A stretch of 64,000 nucleotides of DNA from Anaerolineales bacterium. Its GTDB lineage: Bacteria; Chloroflexota; Anaerolineae; Anaerolineales; UBA4823. Under the pieces are notes generated by a model that ran no database searches, was not told the origin of the DNA, and saw nothing but the letters and a program-made list of their open reading frames with translations. The position numbers and the translations under genes are program-made. Location of the stretch: the NCBI GenBank assembly GCA_035341015.1, contig DAOQUL010000005.1:10812-74811 (forward strand). The letters run 5' to 3'. Below, piece after piece: positions 1 through 8,466 of this stretch (positions within the stretch are counted from its first letter, which is position 1; every line of letters begins with the position of its first letter).

Positions 1-592
1 AAAAGGCTGGTGATTCATGGCGTTTCCCTTCTGTGGTGAGTCGTTGTGACTCTTGCTCGCTCCAGGTTTGTGCCAGGCTGAGCCGGGCGCGGTGTAGGCG
101 GCTTTTGACTGCACTGACGGTGGTCTCAAGCTGTTGGGCAATTTCTTCATATGAGAAATCGTACCAGTAGTACAACACCACGGCGGCCCGGTCTTGAGGA
201 CCAAGGGCTTTGAGCATAACCTGGATACGGCGCTGGTCTTCTTTGATGTGGAAGGCAGCCTCTGGGCCAGGGTTTGTGTCGGGCGGGTCCAGGTAAGGCA
301 TTGCATCCATAGAAACCAGGGTCAAGCGGCGCTTGCGGAGCTGATCGATGCAGTAGTGGGCGGCAATCGACAGCAGCCAGGTAGAAAAGGCGCGTGTAGG
401 GTCGTAGCCCCTGAGCTTGTTATAAGCCCGCAGGAAGGTTTCTTGAGCAGCGTCTTCGGCTTCATCTGGGTCGCCCAACATGCGGTAACACAGGTTGAAG
501 ACTGGACGTTGGTAAGCCTCCACAATCGTGGTAAAGGCTTCGGAATTGCCTTTTTGAGCCTGAAGAATCAGGTCCGGCTCGATTTGGATCAC
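1..592 (-). CDS. ECF-type RNA polymerase sigma-70 family factor (3' end runs off the left edge of the window)
   Basis: Absent from the ORF track because no stop lies inside the window. Reverse-strand translation from GTG at 592 gives VIQIEPDLILQAQKGNSEAFTTIVEAYQRPVFNLCYRMLGDPDEAEDAAQETFLRAYNKL...WLLSIAAHYCIDQLRKRR (region 2) and YYWYDFSYEEIAQQLETTVSAVKSRLHRARLSL (region 4 HTH). AGGAG lies 7 nt upstream of the GTG. Confidence 0.85.
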   Translation of the reverse strand, partial: MIQIEPDLILQAQKGNSEAFTTIVEAYQRPVFNLCYRMLGDPDEAEDAAQETFLRAYNKLRGYDPTRAFSTWLLSIAAHYCIDQLRKRRLTLVSMDAMPYLDPPDTNPGPEAAFHIKEDQRRIQVMLKALGPQDRAAVVLYYWYDFSYEEIAQQLETTVSAVKSRLHRARLSLAQTWSEQESQRLTTEGKRHESPAF

Positions 593-634
593 GTTTGTGC
601 TCCTGATAATGCTTGCATCATCGTTCTGTTTGTA

Positions 635-662
635 TATACGCCTGAGGTGGCAGAAGGTTGCA
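635..662 (-). promoter_or_regulatory. ECF-type promoter candidate (TGCAAC-N16-CGTATA) upstream of the sigma factor gene
   Basis: The minus strand reads TGCAAC cttctgccacctcagg CGTATA. This is close to the B. subtilis SigW-type consensus TGAAAC-N16-CGTA and sits about 40 nt upstream of the GTG at 592, consistent with autoregulation. Confidence 0.4.
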
Positions 663-744
663 AGGAATTGCTGGTCCTTGTGTTGTGAATTAAACTTTTT
701 GGTGCGGCAAGAAGGCTATGTTGATTGAGCGACTTATGCCACGA

Positions 745-1643
745 TCAGTGGTGTAAAGGTTTGAAACCTTCTCCCAGGGCCTCGTGCGCTTGTCCGATGA
801 CGATGAAAGCATGTGGATCGGCCTCGCGCACCAGGGCTTTCAATTGATTGATCTCTGAGCGGGTGATGACGGTGTAGAGTACGTCGCGTTCTTCGCCGGT
901 GTAGGCACCGCGCCCATTGAGCAAGGTCACGCCGCGCTCCATGTTCTCAAGGATCTGCTGTGTGACGGCAGAGGTGTTTTTGGTGATGATCATGGCCGTG
1001 CGGACCACATTAGAGCCCTCGGCGGCAACTTCGGCGGCAATGCCATTGATGTACAGCATCACAATGGCGTAGAGGGCGTTTTCCCAACTGTAGACCAACC
1101 CACCAGCGAACATGACCAGCGAATCGGTCAGCAGGTAACTTTGCGAGATGGAAATGCCGCGCCAATTATTCAAGATGCGCGCCAGGATATCTGAGCCGCC
1201 GCTGGTGCCCTGGCCGCGGTAGACCAGGCCATAGCCAATGCCGCTGGTGACACCCCCATACAGGGTGTTGAGCACCAGGTCTTGGGTCAGACCATGTTCA
1301 GGCAAAAAGAGCACCAGCAGGTCAGTGAGAACAGAGACGGCAACCACGGCATAGGCCGTGCGCAGGGCAAAACGTCGCCCACCCAGGTAACGCCAGCCTA
1401 ATAAAAAGAGCGGCAGGTTGCCAATGAAGATCATCAAGCCGATCGGGAAGTCTGTATAGTGGCTGATGATCTGTGCGATGCCGCTGATGCCGCCGTTGAC
1501 CAGGCCTGCCGGCACGAGGAATAAGCGGATCGACAGGGCTTGCAAGAGCGCCCCGGCTGTGATCAGGGCGTAATCGCGCGCCATTTCCCAGGTGAAGCGC
1601 ACCGGCTGTGCCAACAGAGATTGAATAAATTTTTGCATACGCA

Positions 1644-1644
<1 letters not shown>
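745..1644 (-). CDS. YitT-family integral membrane protein (C-terminal DUF2179-like module)
   Basis: 299-aa ORF. The N-terminal half is multi-pass membrane (GALLQALSIRLFLVPAGLVNGGISGIAQII). The C-terminal part is soluble (VTLLNGRGAYTGEERDVLYTVITRSEINQLKALVREADPHAFIVI), which is the typical YitT architecture. Confidence 0.8.
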
Positions 1645-2564
<920 letters not shown>

Positions 2565-2616
2565 GGGGAAACTCCTGGGGAAGGATTTGCGCATAGCCAA
2601 CGACCGGCGCAAGGGA

Positions 2617-3756
2617 TTATTGATGTTGTGTGATTTCTGGCCCATTGGGGGTGTCTTTTACATCCCAGCCCAGCGCGGCGATCTGCTGGCGCAGGGCATC
2701 AGATGCGGGCCAATCTTTGCGCTGGCGAGCAGCCTGGCGTTCTTGAACCAGGGCCACAACCTGGGGAGGCGGGCCGGCTGGGGCGCTGGGTGCCTCAGCC
2801 TGGCTGGCTTGCAGGGCGCGCTGCCAGGCTGCTGAAGGCAAGTTGGCCTGGGGATGGTAAGGCCGGAATGGGCCGATCTCACTGAGGGGGAAGCGCTCGC
2901 CATTGTGATAGTAATGAACGTGCCCGTTGCGTTGTTCGGCAATTTCGTCCAGACCGCTGCCAGCCAGGTTGGGGGCGTAGCCAGGATGGTTGTGCCCGGT
3001 GTGCAGCAAGGTCACGCCGCCAAGGCCGCTGACATGGCATTGGCCGTTTTGTGGGTCGATCAGCAGGGCCGTGCTTTCATCCAGCCCTACCACGGTCAGT
3101 TCTGCGGGCAGCATCTGCATCAGGCGGGCAAAGCGCGCCTGGCCCATGAAACAGCGGCTGGTATCTAACTCTGCGCCGCCCTCCGCATTGTTCCAATGGG
3201 GGACAAATACCAACTGCAAACCGTACAGGCCAAACAAGTTCAGGCCTTCTTTCCAGTGCAGGTCATCGCCCACTTTGAAGATTTCGTACACCGGCAGTGC
3301 GCAGCAACTGATGGCGATGGCGGCAGCAGAGGCCAGAGCCAGGGTGGCCCCCAGGCAGTGACGGGCGATGATGTAATGCCAGGCCAGGCTGTCGCGCAGT
3401 TGGCGCACGGCATAGGTGGGGCTGCCTGGCCCCATAAAGATCAGGTCTGCCTGGAGCAGGGGCTCCAAAATAGCTTCTGCATCGGGGCTGAAGGGTGTGC
3501 CACGCTGGCGGGCTGGAACGGTCTCTACCAGGGGGTGGTAATTCTGCAGGCGCTGTTGGAAGAATTCTGCCACCCGGCCTATCACGCGGGCTGAATTCAG
3601 CTCGAAGCCCGCCGGCGTTTCAAGCAAGGCCAGGCGCGGGCTGGGTGGCAGCTTGCTCAACAGGCGGTCGAAGACCTTGCGCCCGCTGGGCGAGGTTTCG
3701 CCTGAGCCGAACAGCACAATAGGGCCAGGAACCGTATGGGTGGAGGATGTGTTCAT
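2617..3756 (-). CDS. Peptidase S51 / class-I glutamine-amidotransferase-like protein with a CysRS-C-terminal-like tail
   Basis: 379 aa. VLFGSGETS, LIFMGPGSPTY and LALASAAAIA resemble cyanophycinase/dipeptidase-E-like folds. The last ~50 aa (VVALVQERQAARQRKDWPASDALRQQIAALGWDVKDTPNGPEI) resemble the extreme C-terminus of cysteinyl-tRNA synthetases. Confidence 0.5.
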   Translation of the reverse strand: MNTSSTHTVPGPIVLFGSGETSPSGRKVFDRLLSKLPPSPRLALLETPAGFELNSARVIGRVAEFFQQRLQNYHPLVETVPARQRGTPFSPDAEAILEPLLQADLIFMGPGSPTYAVRQLRDSLAWHYIIARHCLGATLALASAAAIAISCCALPVYEIFKVGDDLHWKEGLNLFGLYGLQLVFVPHWNNAEGGAELDTSRCFMGQARFARLMQMLPAELTVVGLDESTALLIDPQNGQCHVSGLGGVTLLHTGHNHPGYAPNLAGSGLDEIAEQRNGHVHYYHNGERFPLSEIGPFRPYHPQANLPSAAWQRALQASQAEAPSAPAGPPPQVVALVQERQAARQRKDWPASDALRQQIAALGWDVKDTPNGPEITQHQ

Positions 3757-3813
3757 ATCGACCAGGCAAATCTTACCATACTTGCATATCTTACCATCAA
3801 TAAACGCCGATAA

Positions 3814-3834
3814 ACGCAGATCTGTTATCTGCGT
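3814..3834 (-). terminator. Hairpin downstream of the SDR gene (possible intrinsic terminator)
   Basis: ACGCAGAT-ctgtt-ATCTGCGT forms an 8-bp stem 35 nt past the stop at 3869. On the minus strand it is followed by TTAT. Confidence 0.4.
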
Positions 3835-3868
3835 CTACCGGCGTGTGTTTGTGGTTTCAAAGATCAGG

Positions 3869-4906
3869 CTATTCGATCGTCCTGGGCATCTTTGAGCCCT
3901 GGTAGCGGGCGCGGATATTGGGAACCAGGTATTCTTTGAAGGAGCGCTCAACGCCGTAATCCGGCGACCAGCCCCAATCCTGTTGGGCGGCACTGTCGTC
4001 CAGATCGCCTGGCCAAGAATCGACAATCGCCTGCCGTTTCAGGTCGGGTTGGAAGGTGACCTGGGCATTGGGGAAGAACTTGAGCACCCAATCACGGAAT
4101 TCGACTGCCGAGAGGCTGAAGGCGGTGATATTGTAAACGTGGCGTTTCAGGTTCTCGCGTTTGGCACTGGTGAGCAAGAGCAAGGCCTTGACTGCATCGG
4201 GCATGGCCATGAAGGGGATGCGCACGTCCTCACGTACAAAGCAGGCATAGGGCTTGTTCTGGGCAGCGTGGTGCAGCATTTCGGGGCCGTAATCGCTGGT
4301 GCCGCCGCTGGGCACGGTGAAGGCGCTGATCAGGCCAGGGAAGCGCAGGCTGCGGAAATCGAGCATGACGGATTTTTCGGGGGCCAGTTGGCGGTAGTAA
4401 TCGCTGAAGTAGGTGCCCAACATCTCGCAATACAGTTTATTGCACCCGTACATGGTGCGGGGGGTGTTCCAATCCCATTCGCGCACGTGGGTATCTTTGT
4501 TCTTGGTTTCAAGGTCTGGCAGACCGTAGGCAGCAATTGAGCTTGGGAAGATGAATTTAACCGGCTCGCCGCGCCAGGCAGATTGTTCGGCGGCCAACTG
4601 CAGCAAACCCAGGCTGCCCTCAACATTGACGCGGTGGGCGGTTTCGGGGGTGAACTCGCTGCGGGTAGAGAGCAGGGCTGCCAGGTGGTAGATGGTCTCA
4701 ATCTCGTATTCACTGACCAGGCGTGCCAAGAGGGCTTTATCAAGGATATCCCCTTGCAGGGCGGTGACCATGGCCTGTACTTCGTCGGGCAGGGGGTTCA
4801 GGTCAAGCGTAACAACCGGAAGGTCGGAATTTTCTTTCAGGTTTTTAATGAGGGCCTGGCCGATTTCGCCAGATGCCCCGGTGATCAAGGTGATCTTCTT
4901 ACGCAT
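3869..4906 (-). CDS. SDR-family NAD-dependent epimerase/dehydratase (L-threonine 3-dehydrogenase-like)
   Basis: 345 aa. N-terminal ITLITGASGEIGQAL Rossmann motif, then IYHLAALLS and the extended-SDR layout. Confidence 0.75.
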   Translation of the reverse strand: MRKKITLITGASGEIGQALIKNLKENSDLPVVTLDLNPLPDEVQAMVTALQGDILDKALLARLVSEYEIETIYHLAALLSTRSEFTPETAHRVNVEGSLGLLQLAAEQSAWRGEPVKFIFPSSIAAYGLPDLETKNKDTHVREWDWNTPRTMYGCNKLYCEMLGTYFSDYYRQLAPEKSVMLDFRSLRFPGLISAFTVPSGGTSDYGPEMLHHAAQNKPYACFVREDVRIPFMAMPDAVKALLLLTSAKRENLKRHVYNITAFSLSAVEFRDWVLKFFPNAQVTFQPDLKRQAIVDSWPGDLDDSAAQQDWGWSPDYGVERSFKEYLVPNIRARYQGSKMPRTIE

Positions 4907-4968
4907 AGGCTCTCCTTATGGGTTATCGAATTCAAGATGTGTTTTACATCGGGATGTGCTAGAATGAT

Positions 4969-5802
4969 ATGATTTATTTTACATTAGCTGTCAGGTTGTG
5001 CGAAGTGTCAAGTGTCAAAAAATGTCATGTCAAGTGCCACTTGCTAGCAGGATTGTCCCTTCTGCTGGTTTTGACGGGCTGCCTGCCGGTGACCAGGCCG
5101 GTTGTCGTGCGGCCTTCTGCCACGCCTGTGCCGGCTACCGAAACGCCTGCCCCCACCACTGTTTGGTTCCCAACTACGCCCACATTCACACCGCTGCCGA
5201 CTGTAGAGCTGCTGCCGACCCCGCAGATGCGCCCTGATGTGGGGGAGCTGTTCTTCCAGGATGATTTCAGCGATGAGACGGCCTGGATGCTTTGGCAAAC
5301 TGCCGCCGGCAGCGTGGCGATGGGTAAGGATGACCTGACCATTGTCATCCATGAAGAAAAAGTCTACATGTACAGCGTGCGTTTGCAGCCGGTTTTCACC
5401 GATTTCTACCTTGAGCTAACGGCAAACACCAACTTCTGCCGCGGCAAGGATGAATATGGTTTGCTGCTGCGGGTTTCACCGGATATCGATTACTACCGCT
5501 TCTCGCTGTCTTGCGATGGCAACGTGCGCCTCGACCGGTTGTACCAGGGCCGGACCGTTTCGCCGCAGGCAACCATGCTGAGCGGCGCAGCCCCACAGGG
5601 CGCACCCGGCCAGGTGCGGTTGGGGGTTTGGGCACTTAAGGATGAAATGCGTTTTTTCATCAATGATCTGTATCAATTCACGGTTAAGGATGGGACGCTG
5701 CTGACCGGTGGTGTGGGCGTCTATGCGCTTTCTTCCAGTGCGGAGCTTTTATCAGTGTATTTTTCAGATCTAAAAGTATACCAACTGGTAGATGAGCCGT
5801 AG
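4969..5802 (+). CDS. Putative lipoprotein with a concanavalin/LamG-like domain (function unknown)
   Basis: 277-aa ORF. Signal peptide KKCHVKCHLLAGLSLLLVLTGC with lipobox LTGC, then a Pro/Thr linker and a beta-rich domain. The true start is uncertain (ATG 4969, TTG 4996 or GTG 5005). Confidence 0.6.
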   Translation: MIYFTLAVRLCEVSSVKKCHVKCHLLAGLSLLLVLTGCLPVTRPVVVRPSATPVPATETPAPTTVWFPTTPTFTPLPTVELLPTPQMRPDVGELFFQDDFSDETAWMLWQTAAGSVAMGKDDLTIVIHEEKVYMYSVRLQPVFTDFYLELTANTNFCRGKDEYGLLLRVSPDIDYYRFSLSCDGNVRLDRLYQGRTVSPQATMLSGAAPQGAPGQVRLGVWALKDEMRFFINDLYQFTVKDGTLLTGGVGVYALSSSAELLSVYFSDLKVYQLVDEP

Positions 5803-5845
5803 TACGGAAATATAGCCGAAGAAAACTTCTATTGATGGAGTATGT

Positions 5846-6685
5846 ATGGCGAGAAAGCCGTATGTCAATCGTTTGAACAACCTGGATTCGAAATCTTGGT
5901 TAAAGTTCCAGAAGTCCTGGTTTGTTCACAATCCACCGCCGCGCCAGAAGAACGTGCTGCGCCATCCGGCCAAGTTCCCCGAAACGCTGGCCCAGGAGTT
6001 TATTGAGTTCTTCACCCAACGCGGGCAGGTGGTGTTGGATCCGATGGCGGGCACGGGCAGCACGCTGGTGGCAGCACTGCGCAGCGGGCGGCACAGCTAT
6101 GGGGTTGAGCTGAACCCCGCTTATGCCGAGATTGCCCGGCAGGTGGTGGCAGAGGAAAGCCAGGCTCTGGGGCTAGGGGAAGCGGCACTGACGGCTGAGG
6201 TGATCACGGGGGATGCGGCTGAACTGGCGGCGCTCTTTGCCCAGCATGACCTGCCGCCGGTGGACTATGTACTGACTTCGCCGCCGTATTGGGATATGTT
6301 GCATGCCCGCGGCGCTCAAACGCAGCAAAAACGCCGTACCAGCCCCGGCCTGGACGTGATCTATTCGGATGACCCGCAAGACCTGGGCAACGTGGCTGAT
6401 TATGAGGAGTTCGTCGAACGGCTGGTGGGTATTTATGAAGGCCTGTCGCCACTGCTGAGGGTTGGAGCCTATCTGACCATCATTGTCAAGAACGTTAAAA
6501 AGGGCGGACGCATCTACCCCCTGGCCTGGGACCTGGCGGCACGCCTGGGCCGCAGTTATGTATTGAAAGATGAAAAAATCTGGTGCCAGGATAATCAACG
6601 CCTGGCTCCTTACGGTATGGGCAATGCCTGGGTGAGCAATACCTTCCACCATTACTGTCTTCAATTCCGCAAAGAAGGAAATTGA
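5846..6685 (+). CDS. Site-specific DNA methyltransferase, N4/N6 family, permuted motif order (SPPY, probably N4-cytosine)
   Basis: 279 aa with GGAG upstream of the ATG. HPAKFPETLAQEFIEFF..VVLDPMAGTGSTLVAA (AdoMet motif I) precedes VLTSPPYWDM (motif IV) and DYEEFVERL...RVGAYLTIIV. Confidence 0.8.
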   Translation: MARKPYVNRLNNLDSKSWLKFQKSWFVHNPPPRQKNVLRHPAKFPETLAQEFIEFFTQRGQVVLDPMAGTGSTLVAALRSGRHSYGVELNPAYAEIARQVVAEESQALGLGEAALTAEVITGDAAELAALFAQHDLPPVDYVLTSPPYWDMLHARGAQTQQKRRTSPGLDVIYSDDPQDLGNVADYEEFVERLVGIYEGLSPLLRVGAYLTIIVKNVKKGGRIYPLAWDLAARLGRSYVLKDEKIWCQDNQRLAPYGMGNAWVSNTFHHYCLQFRKEGN

Positions 6686-6733
6686 TCACTTTTGTGCTAG
6701 AATCAGGTTAGATCATCTTATGGAGTGTGTTGT

Positions 6734-7384
6734 ATGGCAGAACGGATCGAATTTACCCGCAACTATAATGATTTGAGCACCAACCAGGGCTTCCAGTTTG
6801 AATTTATCTGCGATCGCTGTGGGACGGGTTACCGCACGCGTTTCCAGGCCAATACCCTGGGCACGGTCAGCACGGCCCTGGGCGCGGCCAGCAACCTGTT
6901 TGGCGGCATCTTGGGGCAAGCGGCCAACCTGAGCGAACAGGTGCGCTCGGCTGCCTGGGAGAGGGCTCACGACTCGGCCTTTACGGAGGCGATGGAAGAG
7001 CTGCGGCCCGATTTCTTGCAGTGCCCGCGCTGTTCTTCTTGGGTCTGTAAGAAGAGCTGTTGGAACGAGCGCAAAGGCCTGTGCAAGGGCTGTGCTCCTG
7101 ATGTGGCGGTGGAGATGGCGGCGGCGCAAGCGGCTAAAACCACCGAGGCGGTTTGGACCAGTGCAGTTGCATCTGATGAAGACCAGGCTCAGGTGAGCAG
7201 CCAGAAGGCCTGGAAAGAGGGGGTGCGGGCATCTTGCCCGAACTGCAACGCGGCGATCGACCAGGGGGCCAAGTTCTGCCCAGAATGCGGCACCAAGATG
7301 CAGGTGGCAGCTTTCTGTAAGGAATGCGGCGCCAAGCTCCAGCCTGGGGTTAAGTTCTGCCCGGAGTGCGGTCATAAAGTATAG
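6734..7384 (+). CDS. Multi-zinc-ribbon domain protein (function unknown)
   Basis: Track ORF trimmed to the ATG at 6734 (GGAG 8 nt upstream). CxxC pairs: CDRCG, CPRC...CKGC, CPNC..CPECG, CKECG..CPECG. The stop lies 3 nt before the next gene. Confidence 0.7.
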   Translation: MAERIEFTRNYNDLSTNQGFQFEFICDRCGTGYRTRFQANTLGTVSTALGAASNLFGGILGQAANLSEQVRSAAWERAHDSAFTEAMEELRPDFLQCPRCSSWVCKKSCWNERKGLCKGCAPDVAVEMAAAQAAKTTEAVWTSAVASDEDQAQVSSQKAWKEGVRASCPNCNAAIDQGAKFCPECGTKMQVAAFCKECGAKLQPGVKFCPECGHKV

Positions 7385-7387
7385 ATA

Positions 7388-8374
7388 ATGATCACCCCAT
7401 CCGACCTGGTCCGGCTGCCTTTTTCTCCTGACCTGACGTTGGGTGGGGTGACCTATGCTTGCCGTTCGCTGCCGCACACCTATGACCGCATGGGCGGCAG
7501 CGATATGCAGCGCCTGCGGCGGATTGTGGCGGGCAAGGCGGCTGAGCTGGCCTTCCGGCGGCACCTGGCGGCGCACCAGGTGCCTTATGATACGCTGGGC
7601 GCTACACCGTTTACCGACCCCGATCAGTACGATGTGGCCCTGGGCGGGCGGCGGTGTGATCTAAAGAGTTTCTTGGTTTACGATAAACAGGTCATTCACC
7701 GCATCAAAGCTGACCCCAGCGAGCTGCTGCGGGCCGATGCCCTGGTGCCCAGCGAGCAGGCCATGTCAGACAGCCTGCATCCCCAAGATTTGTTCATTTT
7801 TGCCTTTACCACGGCTTTGCTTACCCCCCACAGCCAAGACTTGCAGCGCGCCATGGCTGCTGAGCAGCCGGTCTTTTTGCTGCACGCCCTGCCTGAGGCC
7901 TGGCGGCGCCCGGCTTTTTGGGCTTCATTGGGGCGCCTGGCGCTGAAATCAGAGTGTTCGCGGCCGGTGACACTAGAATTGGGCGGGCAGGGCGCTCAAC
8001 GCGAGTTCCGCAGCCAAGAGGTGACCCTTTCTCCGGGCGTCCGCACAGAGGCGGGAGATGACCTGTACGCCCTGTCTTACCTGCGTGCCCCGGCCATTTT
8101 GGATGGGCGGGTGGGGGTTTCGAGCCCGCGCCTGGGCGAGGCGCACATTGTCTGCCCGCAAGATTGGGGCAACATCTGGGTTTACGGCCTGGAGATATTC
8201 TTGTGCGGTTATATGCCTTGCGCAGAATTCCGCCGCAAGGCCAGGCACCTGCCGGCAGGTAGCCGGGTGTGGCAGTACCCGCGCACACGGGTCAAGAACC
8301 TGGCTTTGCCCGTGGCAGAGTTGAGGCCAATGGGCGCGTTATTTGATGCCGCTCAGGCCTGGAGCAAGACTTGA
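7388..8374 (+). CDS. Hypothetical protein with an N-terminal PD-(D/E)XK-like nuclease motif
   Basis: 328 aa. GKAAELAFRRHL...DPDQYDVALGGRRCDLKSF gives E53...D82...D91-x-K93, the spacing typical of the restriction-endonuclease-like fold. I recognise nothing in the remaining ~230 aa. Confidence 0.45.
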   Translation: MITPSDLVRLPFSPDLTLGGVTYACRSLPHTYDRMGGSDMQRLRRIVAGKAAELAFRRHLAAHQVPYDTLGATPFTDPDQYDVALGGRRCDLKSFLVYDKQVIHRIKADPSELLRADALVPSEQAMSDSLHPQDLFIFAFTTALLTPHSQDLQRAMAAEQPVFLLHALPEAWRRPAFWASLGRLALKSECSRPVTLELGGQGAQREFRSQEVTLSPGVRTEAGDDLYALSYLRAPAILDGRVGVSSPRLGEAHIVCPQDWGNIWVYGLEIFLCGYMPCAEFRRKARHLPAGSRVWQYPRTRVKNLALPVAELRPMGALFDAAQAWSKT

Positions 8375-8466
8375 ACCTTTGTCTGCTTGTATGTGGATGA
8401 TCTCGTTTTCACCTTGAGCAGGCATACCAATTTCCTAAATTTACATGTTATAGAAAGGGACCCCAA

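Noticed and set aside
194-688. 164-aa plus-strand ORF at the left edge
   Set aside because: It is antisense to a well-supported ECF sigma factor reading frame (1..592, minus strand). Its sequence has no recognisable motifs.
2565-2645. Long N-terminal extensions in track ORFs (1644..2645, 10864.., 11637.., 24026.., 37830.., 62207.., 54061..54915)
   Set aside because: In each case an internal ATG or GTG with a good SD, or an overlap-coupled start, gives the family-typical N-terminus. The extension would overlap the upstream gene or a promoter.
3769-3820. Short direct repeats (ATCTTACCAT x2; ATAAACGC x2) upstream of the S51-like gene
   Set aside because: They could be operator or promoter elements. 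However, they are only 8-10 nt long with two copies each, and they overlap the terminator region of the neighbouring gene. That is insufficient support for a call.
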